Of a DNA stretch of 37,748 nt, positions 1 to 15,000 are shown one piece after another. The translations under genes were made by a program, and so were the position numbers. Positions within the stretch are counted from its first letter, which is position 1. Each line of letters begins with the position of its first letter. Origin of the DNA: Utricularia gibba (taxonomy: Eukaryota > Plantae > Magnoliophyta). The notes beneath the pieces were generated by a model. The model made no database searches. It saw only the letters and a list, made by a program, of their open reading frames with translations, and was not told the DNA's origin. The stretch is from contig NEEC01000269.1 in NCBI GenBank assembly GCA_002189035.1, positions 1 through 37,748 on the forward strand, written 5' to 3'.

Positions 1-3000
1 TTTCTCCGTTGCTGGACGGGCCTCGCAAGCTTTGCCGTTACCTTCAGGTGTTCTGGACTCCTTAGCGAATGGACTGGACAAGGAGACCGTTGGTCTATTA
101 TCGCGGCCGTTGAAAGATATGAGGATGCGTGGAGATTAGACCAGCACTGATGCGCACGTCCATAGGACCGTAAAGTCCAACCCATGGACTCTAGCCAAGT
201 ACTTCACCACTGATGTGTCGTCCAACGATACGAAGGGTACATCAGGATCAATGATGCAGGTTGTAACATCAACGATACCAAGTACTTCTTAGTTTTTCCT
301 ATTGCTTTCCCTTATGATCTTCCATGGAAACAAAGTGAGACTTACGCAGAGGAGTCACGAGTTCACTCCATGGCGGATCATGGTGCACCATCGCTACTCG
401 TTTGAGGGTGTGCAACAAACTCAGCCAGCATCCAATGAATACTAGAATGTGGCCAAGGACACTCCATGTACTTTCCCGATCTCCAACAACGTGCGTTGGA
501 AACATTAACATTTTCGGATTCATTCTACGGAGCACATACGATGTGGATGTGCTATCCAGCCGTTAGATGGCTACCACCCCGACCTCCTGAATATTTGGAC
601 ACGAAAGTGGCATGCCGCTATACGTTTGGGAGGAGAAAACCTTCGACCATACAGGTTAAAGGATGTCATCTATATCAAACATACGTTGCGAGCCACGTAA
701 GCTACTATTGAGTGGACATCATTGAATGAGAAATGAGTCATAGAGCATCGAAGAACATATCGATCGTGGATCCAGAGTGTAGCCACTCCTAACCCAAAGT
801 CCATAACTCGACCACCCAGCACTTGTGCTTCGAATCCACATAGCTCACGGAACAAACGCACACCTCCCCTTATAATTCGACCCCCATGGCATCCACTCCT
901 GATGCAAAATTCCATTCTCCCTCCAGGCTTTGCAAAGAAGCGGGTAACGTGGAATGGATCGGTATTGCTTCGCAAGCAGGTCACGCCTTGCAACATGCAT
1001 ACTTCATACCTTACGACATTCCAATGCCTGACCTCCGGATGCCTTTTACCCAGATTGTGGATGGACATAGAGAAGGGATCACTCGGTTAAGCAATAGTTA
1101 AAGCCGCGTGCGCAACACGCGAGTGTGTTTTCCGTATGCTAACGCTTGACCATCATCCGATTGAGCATACTGCTCGTGCACCTTCACGAGTGTAGCCAAT
1201 TTCCGTCCTCACTTTCAACCAGGTCCGATGCAACGTACAAAGATGAATGGGTGGTCGTCTTCCTCAAGCATCGACACGATTCAACGGGTTGATGGTCTCT
1301 AGTGCAAACTCCCACGCTCTTTTAGGCGTTCACATCCATGCGCACTACTTCCTTTCTTTCTCCGTTGCTGGACGGGCCTCGCAAGCTTTGCCGTTACCTT
1401 CAGGTGTTCTGGACTCCTTAGCGAATGGACTGGACAAGGAGACCGTTGGTCTATTATCGCGGCCGTTGAAAGATATGAGGATGCGTGGAGATTAGACCAG
1501 CACTGATGCGCACGTCCATAGGACCGTAAAGTCCAACCCATGGACTCTACCAAGTACTTCACCACTGATGTGTCGTCCAACGATACGAAGGGGGTACATC
1601 AGGATCAATGATGCAGGGTTGTAACATCAACGATACCAATACTTCTTAGTTTTTCCTATTGCTTTCCCTTATGATCTTCCATGGAAACAAAGTGAGACTT
1701 ACGCAGAGGAGTCACGAGTTCACTCCATGGCGGATCATGGTGCACCATCGCTACTCGTTTGAGGGTGTTTGTTGTGCAACAAACTCAGCCAGCATCCAAT
1801 GAATACTAGAATGTGGCCAAGGACACTCCATGTACTTTCCCGATCTCCAACAACGTGCGTTGGAAACATTAACATTTTCGGATTCATTCTACGGAGCACA
1901 TACGATGTGGATGTGCTATCCAGCCGTTAGATGGCTACCACCCCGACCTCCTGAATATTTGGACACGAAAGTGGGCATGCCGCTATACGTTTGGGAGGAG
2001 AAAACCTTCGACCATACAGGTTAAAGGATGTCATCTATATCAAACATACGTTGCGAGCCACGTAAGCTACTATTGAGTGGACATCATTGAATGAGAAATG
2101 AGTCATAGAGCATCGAGAACATATCGGTCGTGGATCCAGAGTGTAGCCACTCCTAACCCAAAGTCCATAACTCGACCACCCAGCACTTGTGCTTCGAATC
2201 CACATAGCTCACGGAACAAACGCACACCTCCCCTTATAATTCGACCCCCATGGCATCCACTCCTGATGCAAAATTCCATTCTCCCTCCAGGCTTTGCAAA
2301 GAAGCGGGTAACGTGGAATGGATCGGTATTGCTTCGCAAGCAGGTCACGCCTTGCAACATGCATACTTCATACCTTACGACATTCCAATGCCTGACCTCC
2401 GGATGCCTTTTACCCAGATTGTGGATGGACATAGAGAAGGGATCACTCGGTTAAGCAATAGTTAAAGCCGCGTGCGCAACACGCGAGTGTGTTTTCCGTA
2501 TGCTAACGGCTTGACCATCATCCGATTGAGCATACTGCTCGTGCACCTTCACGAGGTAGCCAATTTTCCGTCCTCACTTTCAACCAGGTCCGATGCAACG
2601 TACAAAGATGAATGGGTGGTCGTCTTCCTCAAGCATCGACACGATTCAACGGGTTGATGGTCTCTAGTGCAAACTCCCACGCTCTTTTAGGCGTTCACAT
2701 CCATGCGCACTACTTCCTTTCTTTTCTCCGTTGCTGGACGGGCCTCGCAAGCTTTGCCGTTACCTTCAGGTGTTCTGGACTCCTTAGCGAATGGACTGGA
2801 CAAGGAGACCGTTGGTCTATTATCGCGGCCGTTGAAAGATATGAGGATGCGTGGAGATTAGACCAGCACTGATGCGCACGTCCATAGGACCGTAAAGTCC
2901 AACCCATGGACTCTAGCCAAGTACTTCACCACTGATGTGTCGTCCAACGATACGAAGGGGGTACATCAGGATCAATGATGCAGGGTTGTAACATCAACGA

Positions 3001-6000
3001 TACCAAGTACTTCTTAGTTTTTCCTATTGCTTTCCCTTATGATCTTCCATGGAAACAAAGTGAGACTTACGCAGAGGAGTCACGAGTTCACTCCATGGCG
3101 GATCATGGTGCACCATCGCTACTCGTTTGAGGTGTTTTGTTGTGCAACAAACTCAGCCAGCATCCAATGAATACTAGAATGTGGCCAAGGACACTCCATG
3201 TACTTTCCCGATCTCCAACAACGTGCGTTGGAAACATTAACATTTTCGGATTCATTCTACGGAGCACATACGATGTGGATGTGCTATCCAGCCGTTAGAT
3301 GGCTACCACCCGACCTCCTGAATATTTGGACACGAAAGTGGGCATGCCGCTATACGTTTGGGAGAGAAAACCTTCGACCATACAGGTTAAAGGATGTCAT
3401 CTATATCAAACATACGTTGCGAGCCACGTAAGCTACTATTGAGTGGACATCATTGAATGAGAAATGAGTCATAGAGCATCGAAGAACATATCGATCGTGG
3501 ATCCAGAGTGTAGCCACTCCTAACCCAAAGTCCATAACTCGACCACCCAGCACTTGTGCTTCGAATCCACATAGCTCACGGAACAAACGCACACCTCCCC
3601 TTATAATTCGACCCCCATGGCATCCACTCCTGATGCAAAATTCCATTCTCCCTCCAGGCTTTGCAAAGAAGCGGGTAACGTGGAATGGATCGGTATTGCT
3701 TCGCAAGCAGGTCACGCCTTGCAACATGCATACTTCATACCTTACGACATTCCAATGCCTGACCTCCGGATGCCTTTTACCCAGATTGTGGATGGACATA
3801 GAGAAGGATCACTCGGTTAAGCAATAGTTAAAGCCGCGTGCGCAACACGCGAGTGTGTTTTCCGTATGCTAACGGCTTGACCATCATCCGATTGAGCATA
3901 CTGCTCGTGCACCTTCACGAGTGTAGCCAATTTTCCGTCCTCACTTTCAACCAGGTCCGATGCAACGTACAAAGATGAATGGGTGGTCGTCTTCCCTCAA
4001 GCATCGACACGATTCAACGGGTTGATGTCTCTAGTGCAAACTCCCACGCTCTTTTAGGCGTTCACATCCATGCGCACTACTTCCTTTCTTTTCTCCGTTG
4101 CTGGACGGGCCTCGCAAGCTTTGCCGTTACCTTCAGGTGTTCTGGACTCCTTAGCGAATGGACTGGACAAGGAGACCGTTGGTCTATTATCGCGGCCGTT
4201 GAAAGATATGAGGATGCGTGGAGATTAGACCAGCACTGATGCGCACGTCCATAGGACCGTAAAGTCCAACCCATGGACTCTAGCCAAGTACTTCACCACT
4301 GATGTGTCGTCCAACGATACGAAGGGTACATCAGGATCAATGATGCAGGGTTGTAACATCAACGATACCAAGTACTTCTTAGTTTTTCCTATTGCTTTCC
4401 CTTATGATCTTCCATGAAACAAAGTGAGACTTACGCAGAGGAGTCACGAGTTCACTCCATGGCGGATCATGGTGCACCATCGCTACTCGTTTGAGGGTGT
4501 TTTGTTGTGCAACAAACTCAGCCAGCATCCAATGAATACTAGAATGTGGCCAAGGACACTCCATGTACTTTCCCGATCTCCAACAACGTGCGTTGAAACA
4601 TTAACATTTTCGGATTCATTCTACGGAGCACATACGATGTGGATGTGCTATCCAGCCGTTAGATGGCTACCACCCCGACCTCCTGAATATTTGGACACGA
4701 AAGTGGGCATGCCGCTATACGTTTGGGAGAAAACCTTCGACCATACATACAGTTAAAGGATGTCATCTATATCAAACATACGTTGCGAGCCACGTAAGCT
4801 ACTATTGAGTGGACATCATTGAATGAGAAATGAGTCATAGAGCATCGAAGAACATATCGATCGTGGATCCAGAGTGTAGCCACTCCTAACCCAAAGTCCA
4901 TAACTCGACCACCCAGCACTTGTGCTTCGAATCCACATAGCTCACGGAACAAACGCACACTCCCCTTATAATTCGACCCCCATGGCATCCACTCCTGATG
5001 CAAAATTCCATTCTCCCTCCAGGCTTTGCAAAGAAGCGGGTAACGTGGAATGGATCGGTATTGCTTCGCAAGCAGGTCACGCCTTGCAACATGCATACTT
5101 CATACCTTACGACATTCCAATGCCTGACCTCCGGATGCCTTTTACCCAGATTGTGGATGGACATAGAGAAGGGATCACTCGGTTAAGCAATAGTTAAAGC
5201 CGCGTGCGCAACACGCGAGTGTGTTTTCCGTATGCTAACGGCTTGACCATCATCCGATTGAGCATACTGCTCGTGCACCTTCACGAGTGTAGCCAATTTT
5301 CCGTCCTCACTTTCAACCAGGTCCGATGCAACGTACAAAGATGAATGGGTGGTCGTCTTCCCTCAAGCATCGACACGATTCAACGGGTTGATGGTCTCTA
5401 GTGCAAACTCCCACGCTCTTTTAGGCGTTCACATCCATGCGCACTACTTCCTTTCTTTTCTCCGTTGCTGGACGGGCCTCGCAAGCTTTGCCGTTACCTT
5501 CAGGTGTTCTGGACTCCTTAGCGAATGGACTGGACAAGGGACCGTTGGTCTATTATCGCGGCCGTTGAAAGATATGAGGATGCGTGGAGATTAGACCAGC
5601 ACTGATGCGCACGTCCATAGGACCGTAAAGTCCAACCCATGGACTCTACCAAGTACTTCACCACTGATGTGTCGTCCAACGATACGAAGGGGTACATCAG
5701 GATCAATGATGCAGGGTGTAACATCAACGATACCAAGTACTTCTTAGTTTTTCCTATTGCTTTCCCTTATGATCTTCCATGGAAACAAAGTGAGACTTAC
5801 GCAGAGGAGTCACGAGTTCACTCCATGGCGGATCATGGTGCACCATCGCTACTCGTTTGAGGGTTTTTGTTGCAACAAACTCAGCCAGCATCCAATGAAT
5901 ACTAGAATGTGGCCAAGGACACTCCATGTACTTTCCCGATCTCCAACAACGTGCGTTGGAAACATTAACATTTTCGATTCATTCTACGGAGCACATACGA

Positions 6001-9000
6001 TGTGGATGTGCTATCCAGCCGTTAGATGGCTACCACCCGACCTCCTGAATATTTGGACACGAAAGTGGGCATGCCGCTATACGTTTGGGAGGAGAAAACC
6101 TTCGACCATACAGTTAAAGGATGTCATCTATATCAAACATACGTTGCGAGCCACGTAAGCTACTATTGAGTGGACATCATTGAATGAGAAATGAGTCATA
6201 GAGCATCGAAGAACATATCGATCGTGGATCCAGAGTGTAGCCACTCCTAACCCAAAGTCCATAACTCGACCACCCAGCACTTGTGCTTCGAATCCACATA
6301 GCTCACGGAACAAACGCACACCTCCCCTTATAATTCGACCCCCATGGCATCCACTCCTGATGCAAAATTCCATTCTCCCTCCAGGCTTTGCAAAGAAGCG
6401 GGTAACGTGGAATGGATCGGTATTGCTTCGCAAGCAGGTCACGCCTTGCAACATGCATACTTCATACCTTACGACATTCCAATGCCTGACCTCCGGATGC
6501 CTTTTACCCAGATTGTGGATGGACATAGAGAAGGGATCACTCGGTTAAGCAATAGTTAAAGCCGCGTGCGCAACACGCGAGTGTGTTTTCCGTATGCTAA
6601 CGGCTTGACCATCATCCGATTGAGCATACTGCTCGTGCACCTTACGAGTGTAGCCAATTTTCCGTCCTCACTTTCAACCAGGTCCGATGCAACGTACAAA
6701 GATGAATGGGTGGTCGTCTTCCCTCAAGCATCGACACGATTCAACGGGTTGATGGTCTCTAGTGCAAACTCCCACGCTCTTTTAGGCGTTCACATCCATG
6801 CGCACTACTTCCTTTCTTTTCTCCGTTGCTGGACGGGCCTCGCAAGCTTTGCCGTTACCTTCAGTGTTCTGGACTCCTTAGCGAATGGACTGGACAAGGA
6901 GACCGTTGGTCTATTATCGCGGCCGTTGAAAATATGAGGATGCGTGGAGATTAGACCAGCACTGATGCGCACGTCCATAGGACCGTAAAGTCCAACCCAT
7001 GGACTCTACCAAGTACTTCACCACTGATGTGTCGTCCAACGATACGAAGGGGTACATCAGGATCAATGATGCAGGGTGTAACATCAACGATACCAAGTAC
7101 TTCTTAGTTTTTCCTATTGCTTTCCCTTATGATCTTCCATGGAAACAAAGTGAGACTTACGCAGAGGAGTCACGAGTTCACTCCATGGCGGATCATGTGC
7201 ACCATCGCTACTCGTTTGAGGTGTTTTGTTGCAACAAACTCAGCCAGCATCCAATGAATACTAGAATGTGGCCAAGGACACTCCATGTACTTTCCCGATC
7301 TCCAACAACGTGCGTTGGAAACATTAAACATTTTCGGATTCATTCTACGGAGCACATACGATGTGGATGTGCTATCCAGCCGTTAGATGGCTACCACCCC
7401 GACCTCCTGAATATTTGGACACGAAAGTGGGCATGCCGCTATACGTTTGGAGGAGAAAACCTTCGACCATACAGGTTAAAGGATGTCATCTATATCAAAC
7501 ATACGTTGCGAGCCACGTAAGCTACTATTGAGTGGACATCATTGAATGAGAAATGAGTCATAGAGCATCGAAGAACATATCGTCGTGGATCCAGAGTGTA
7601 GCCACTCCTAACCAAAGTCCATAACTCGACCACCCAGCACTTGTGCTTCGAATCCACATAGCTCACGGAACAAACGCACACTCCCCTTATAATTCGACCC
7701 CCATGGCATCCACTCCTGATGCAAAATTCCATTCTCCCTCCAGGCTTTGCAAAGAAGCGGGTAACGTGGAATGGATCGGTATTGCTTCGCAAGCAGGTCA
7801 CGCCTTGCAACATGCATACTTCATACCTTACGACATTCCAATGCCTGACCTCCGGATGCCTTTTACCCAGATTGTGGATGGACATAGAGAAGGGATCACT
7901 CGGTTAAGCAATAGTTAAAGCCGCGTGCGCAACACGCGAGTGTTTTCCGTATGCTAACGGCTTGACCATCATCCGATTCAGCATACTGCTCGTGCACCTT
8001 ACGAGTGTAGCCAATTTTCCGTCCTCACTTTCAACCAGGTCCGATGCAACGTACAAAGATGAATGGGTGGTCGTCTTCCCTCAAGCATCGACACGATTCA
8101 ACGGGTTGATGGTCTCTAGTGCAAACTCCCACGCTCTTTTAGGCGTTCACATCCATGCGCACTACTTCCTTTCTTTTCTCCGTTGCTGGACGGGCCTCGC
8201 AAGCTTTGCCGTTACCTTCAGGTGTTCTGGACTCCTTAGCGAATGGACTGGACAAGGAGACCGTTGGTCTATTATCGCGGCCGTTGAAAGATATGAGGAT
8301 GCGTGGAGATTAGACCAGCACTGATGCGCACGTCCATAGGACCGTAAAGTCCAACCCATGGACTCTAGCCAAGTACTTCACCACTGATGTGTCGTCCAAC
8401 GATACGAAGGGGGTACATCAGGATCAATGATGCAGGGTTGTAACATCAACGATACCAAGTACTTCTTAGTTTTTCCTATTGCTTTCCCTTATGATCTTCC
8501 ATGGAAACAAAGTGAGACTTACGCAGAGGAGTCACGAGTTCACTCCATGGCGGATCATGTGCACCATCGCTACTCGTTTGAGGTGTTTTGTTGTGCAACA
8601 AACTCAGCCAGCATCCAATGAATACTAGAATGTGGCCAAGGACACTCCATGTACTTTCCCGATCTCCAACAACGTGCGTTGGAAACATTAACATTTTCGG
8701 ATTCATTCTACGGAGCACATACGATGTGGATGTGCTATCCAGCCGTTAGATGGCTACCACCCGACCTCCTGAATATTTGGACACGAAAGTGGGCATGCCG
8801 CTATACGTTTGGGAGGAGAAAACCTTCGACCATACAGGTTAAAGGATGTCATCTATATCAAACATACGTTGCGAGCCACGTAAGCTACTATTGAGTGGAC
8901 ATCATTGAATGAGAAATGAGTCATAGAGCATCGAAGAACATATCGTCGTGGATCCAGAGTGTAGCCACTCCTAACCCAAAGTCCATAACTCGACCACCCA

Positions 9001-12000
9001 GCACTTGTGCTTCGAATCCACATAGCTCACGGAACAAACGCACACTCCCCTTATAATTCGACCCCCATGGCATCCACTCCTGATGCAAAATTCCATTCTC
9101 CCTCCAGGCTTTGCAAAGAAGCGGTAACGTGGAATGGATCGGTATTGCTTCGCAAGCAGGTCACGCCTTGCAACATGCATACTTCATACCTTACGACATT
9201 CCAATGCCTGACCTCCGGATGCCTTTTACCCAGATTGTGGATGGAGATAGAGAAGGATCACTCGGTTAAGCAATCGTTAAAGCCGCGTGCGCAACACGCG
9301 AGTGTGTTTTCCGTATGCTAACGGCTTGACCATCATCCGATTCAGCATACTGCTCGTGCACCTTTACGAGTGTAGCCAATTTTCCGTCCTCACTTTCAAC
9401 CAGGTCCGATGCAACGTACAAAGATGAATGGGTGGTCGTCTTCCCTCAAGCATCGACACGATTCAACGGGTTGATGGTCTCTAGTGCAAACTCCCACGCT
9501 CTTTTAGGCGTTCACATCCATGCGCACTACTTCCTTTCTTTTCTCCGTTGCTGGACGGGCCTCGCAAGCTTTGCCGTTACCTTCAGGTGTTCTGGACTCC
9601 TTAGCGAATGGACTGGACAAGGAGACCGTTGGTCTATTATCGCGGCCGTTGAAAGATATGAGGATGCGTGGAGATTAGACCAGCACTGATGCGCACGTCC
9701 ATAGGACCGTAAAGTCCAACCCATGGACTCTAGCCAAGTACTTCACCACTGATGTGTCGTCCAACGATACGAAGGGGTACATCAGGATCAATGATGCAGG
9801 GTTGTAACATCAACGATACCAAGTACTTCTTAGTTTTTCCTATTGCTTTCCCTTATGATCTTCCATGGAAACAAAGTGAGACTTACGCAGAGGAGTCACG
9901 AGTTCACTCCATGGCGGATCATGGTGCACCATCGCTACTCGTTTGAGGGTGTTTTGTTGTGCAACAAACTCAGCCAGCATCCAATGAATACTAGAATGTG
10001 GCCAAGGACACTCCATGTACTTTCCCGATCTCCAACAACGTGCGTTGGAAACATTAACATTTTCGGATTCATTCTACGGAGCACATACGATGTGGATGTG
10101 CTATCCAGCCGTTAGATGGCTACCACCCCGACCTCCTGAATATTTGGACACGAAAGTGGGCATGCCGCTATACGTTTGGGAGGAGAAAACCTTCGACCAT
10201 ACAGGTTAAAGGATGTCATCTATATCAAACATACGTTGCGAGCCACGTAAGCTACTATTGAGTGGACATCATTGAATGAGAAATGAGTCATAGAGCATCG
10301 AAGAACATATCGGTCGTGGATCCAGAGTGTAGCCACTCCTAACCCAAAGTCCATAACTCGACCACCCAGCACTTGTGCTTCGAATCCACATAGCTCACGG
10401 AACAAACGCACACTCCCCTTATAATTCGACCCCCATGGCATCCACTCCTGATGCAAAATTCCATTCTCCCTCCAGGCTTTGCAAAGAAGCGGGTAACGTG
10501 GAATGGATCGGTATTGCTTCGCAAGCAGGTCACGCCTTGCAACATGCATACTTCATACCTTACGACATTCCAATGCCTGACCTCCGGATGCCTTTTACCC
10601 AGATTGTGGATGGAGATAGAGAAGGATCACTCGGTTAAGCAATCGTTAAAGCCGCGTGCGCAACACGCGAGTGTGTTTTCCGTATGCTAACGGCTTGACC
10701 ATCATCCGATTCAGCATACTGCTCGTGCACCTTTACGAGTGTAGCCAATTTTCCGTCCTCACTTTCAACCAGGTCCGATGCAACGTACAAAGATGAATGG
10801 TGGTCGTCTTCCCTCAAGCATCGACACGATTCAACGGGTTGATGGTCTCTAGTGCAAACTCCCACGCTCTTTTAGGCGTTCACATCCATGCGCACTACTT
10901 CCTTTCTTTTCTCCGTTGCTGGACGGGCCTCGCAAGCTTTGCCGTTACCTTCAGGTGTTCTGGACTCCTTAGCGAATGGACTGGACAAGGAGACCGTTGG
11001 TCTATTATCGCGGCCGTTGAAAGATATGAGGATGCGTGGAGATTAGACCAGCACTGATGCGCACGTCCATAGGACCGTAAAGTCCAACCCATGGACTCTA
11101 CCAAGTACTTCACCACTGATGTGTCGTCCAACGATACGAAGGGGGTACATCAGGATCAATGATGCAGGGTTGTAACATCAACGATACCAAGTACTTCTTA
11201 GTTTTTCCTATTGCTTTCCCTTATGATCTTCCATGGAAACAAAGTGAGACTTACGCAGAGGAGTCACGAGTTCACTCCATGGCGGATCATGGTGCACCAT
11301 CGCTACTCGTTTGAGGGTGTTTTGTTGTGCAACAAACTCAGCCAGCATCCAATGAATACTAGAATGTGGCCAAGGACACTCCATGTACTTTCCCGATCTC
11401 CAACAACGTGCGTTGGAAACATTAACATTTTCGGATTCATTCTACGGAGCACATACGATGTGGATGTGCTATCCAGCCGTTAGATGGCTACCACCCCGAC
11501 CTCCTGAATATTTGGACACGAAAGTGGGCATGCCGCTATACGTTTGGGAGGAGAAAACCTTCGACCATACAGGTTAAAGGATGTCATCTATATCAAACAT
11601 ACGTTGCGAGCCACGTAAGCTACTATTGAGTGGACATCATTGAATGAGAAATGAGTCATAGAGCATCGAAGAACATATCGGTCGTGGATCCAGAGTGTAG
11701 CCACTCCTAACCCAAAGTCCATAACTCGACCACCCAGCACTTGTGCTTCGAATCCACATAGCTCACGGAACAAACGCACACTCCCCTTATAATTCGACCC
11801 CCATGGCATCCACTCCTGATGCAAAATTCCATTCTCCCTCCAGGCTTTGCAAAGAAGCGGGTAACGTGGAATGGATCGGTATTGCTTCGCAAGCAGGTCA
11901 CGCCTTGCAACATGCATACTTCATACCTTACGACATTCCAATGCCTGACCTCCGGATGCCTTTTACCCAGATTGTGGATGGAGATAGAGAAGGGATCACT

Positions 12001-15000
12001 GGTTAAGCAATCGTTAAAGCCGCGTGCGCAACACGCGAGTGTGTTTCCGTATGCTAACGGCTTGACCATCATCCGATTCAGCATACTGCTCGTGCACCTT
12101 ACGAGTGTAGCCAATTTTCCGTCCTCACTTTCAACCAGGTCCGATGCAACGTACAAAGATGAATGGGTGGTCGTCTTCCCTCAAGCATCGACACGATTCA
12201 ACGGGTTGATGGTCTCTAGTGCAAACTCCCACGCTCTTTTAGGCGTTCACATCCATGCGCACTACTTCCTTTCTTTTCTCCGTTGCTGGACGGGCCTCGC
12301 AAGCTTTGCCGTTACCTTCAGTGTTCTGGACTCCTTAGCGAATGGACTGGACAAGGAGACCGTTGGTCTATTATCGCGGCCGTTGAAAGATATGAGGATG
12401 CGTGGAGATTAGACCAGCACTGATGCGCACGTCCATAGGACCGTAAAGTCCAACCCATGGACTCTAGCCAAGTACTTCACCACTGATGTGTCGTCCAACG
12501 ATACGAAGGGGTACATCAGGATCAATGATGCAGGGTTGTAACATCAACGATACCAAGTACTTCTTAGTTTTTCCTATTGCTTTCCCTTATGATCTTCCAT
12601 GGAAACAAAGTGAGACTTACGCAGAGGAGTCACGAGTTCACTCCATGGCGGATCATGGTGCACCATCGCTACTCGTTTGAGGTGTTTTGTTGTGCAACAA
12701 ACTCAGCCAGCATCCAATGAATACTAGAATGTGGCCAAGGACACTCCATGTACTTTCCCGATCTCCAACAACGTGCGTTGGAAACATTAACATTTTCGGA
12801 TTCATTCTACGGAGCACATACGATGTGGATGTGCTATCCAGCCGTTAGATGGCTACCACCCCGACCTCCTGAATATTTGGACACGAAAGTGGGCATGCCG
12901 CTATACGTTTGGAGGAGAAAACCTTCGACCATACAGGTTAAAGGATGTCATCTATATCAAACATACGTTGCGAGCCACGTAAGCTACTATTGAGTGGACA
13001 TCATTGAATGAGAAATGAGTCATAGAGCATCGAAGAACATATCGTCGTGGATCCAGAGTGTAGCCACTCCTAACCCAAAGTCCATAACTCGACCACCCAG
13101 CACTTGTGCTTCGAATCCACATAGCTCACGGAACAAACGCACACTCCCCTTATAATTCGACCCCATGGCATCCACTCCTGATGCAAAATTCCATTCTCCC
13201 TCCAGGCTTTGCAAAGAAGCGGTAACGTGGAATGGATCGGTATTGCTTCGCAAGCAGGTCACGCCTTGCAACATGCATACTTCATACCTTACGACATTCC
13301 AATGCCTGACCTCCGGATGCCTTTTACCCAGATTGTGGATGGAGATAGAGAAGGGATCACTTGGTTAAGCAATCGTTAAAGCCGCGTGCGCAACACGCGA
13401 GTGTGTTTTCCGTATGCTAACGGCTTGACCATCATCCGATTCAGCATACTGCTCGTGCACCTTACGAGTGTAGCCAATTTTCCGTCCTCACTTTCAACCA
13501 GGTCCGATGCAACGTACAAAGATGAATGGGTGGTCGTCTTCCCTCAAGCATCGACACGATTCAACGGGTTGATGGTCTCTAGTGCAAACTCCCACGCTCT
13601 TTTAGGCGTTCACATCCATGCGCACTACTTCCTTTCTTTTCTCCGTTGCTGGACGGGCCTCGCAAGCTTTGCCGTTACCTTCAGGTGTTCTGGACTCCTT
13701 AGCGAATGGACTGGACAAGGAGACCGTTGGTCTATTATCGCGGCCGTTGAAAGATATGAGGATGCGTGGAGATTAGACCAGCACTGATGCGCACGTCCAT
13801 AGGACCGTAAAGTCCAACCCATGGACTCTAACCAAGTACTTCACCACTGATGTGTCGTCCAACGATACGAAGGGTACATCAGGATCAATGATGCAGGGTT
13901 GTAACATCAACGATCCCAGTACTTCTTAGTTTTTCCTATTGCTTTCCCTTATGATCTTCCATGGAAACAAAGTGAGACTTACGCAGAGGAGTCACGAGTT
14001 CACTCCATGGCGGATCATGGTGCACCATCGCTACTCGTTTGAGGGTGTTTTGTTGTGCAACAAACTCAGCCAGCATCCAATGAATACTAGAATGTGGCCA
14101 AGGACACTCCATGTACTTTCCCGATCTCCAACAACGTGCGTTGGAAACATTAACATTTTCGGATTCATTCTACGGAGCACATACGATGTGGATGTGCTAT
14201 CCAGCCGTTAGATGGCTACCACCCCGACCTCCTGAATATTTGGACACGAAAGTGGGCATGCCGCTATACGTTTGGGAGGAGAAAACCTTCGACCATACAG
14301 GTTAAAGGATGTCATCTATATCAAACATACGTTGCGAGCCACGTAAGCTACTATTGAGTGGACATCATTGAATGAGAAATGAGTCATAGAGCATCGAAGA
14401 ACATATCGGTCGTGGATCCAGAGTGTAGCCACTCCTAACCCAAAGTCCATAACTCGACCACCCAGCACTTGTGCTTCGAATCCACATAGCTCACGGAACA
14501 AACGCACACTCCCCTTATAATTCGACCCCCATGGCATCCACTCCTGATGCAAAATTCCATTCTCCCTCCAGGCTTTGCAAAGAAGCGGGTAACGTGGAAT
14601 GGATCGGTATTGCTTCGCAAGCAGGTCACGCCTTGCAACATGCATACTTCATACCTTACGACATTCCAATGCCTGACCTCCGGATGCCTTTTACCCAGAT
14701 TGTGGATGGAGATAGAGAAGGATCACTGGTTAAGCAATCGTTAAAGCCGCGTGCGCAACACGCGAGTGTTTCCGTATGCTAACGGCTTGACCATCATCCG
14801 ATTCAGCATACTGCTCGTGCACCTTTACGAGTGTAGCCAATTTTCCGTCCTCACTTTCAACCAGGTCCGATGCAACGTACAAAGATGAATGGTGGTCGTC
14901 TTCCCTCAAGCATCGACACGATTCAACGGGTTGATGGTCTCTAGTGCAAACTCCCACGCTCTTTTAGGCGTTCACATCCATGCGCACTACTTCCTTTCTT

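Noticed and set aside
360-400. DHGAPS peptide resembling the LanC-like WCHGAPG motif
   Set aside because: Only a four-residue match, the catalytic Cys is absent, and no other LanC motifs are present.
539-548. Minus-strand ATCCACATCG resembling the plant snRNA USE (RTCCCACATCG)
   Set aside because: One base short, no TATA box at the required spacing, and no snRNA sequence downstream.
824-840. tgtgc-TTCGAAT-ccaca resembling a tRNA T-arm / B-box
   Set aside because: The invariant G53 is C. There is no A-box, D-arm or acceptor-stem partner, and the motif is not conserved in old copies.
1-1364. Retrozyme or hammerhead ribozyme as the repeat unit
   Set aside because: The ctgatg sites are not followed by the CUGANGA core on either strand, and the monomer has no LTR termini, PBS or PPT.
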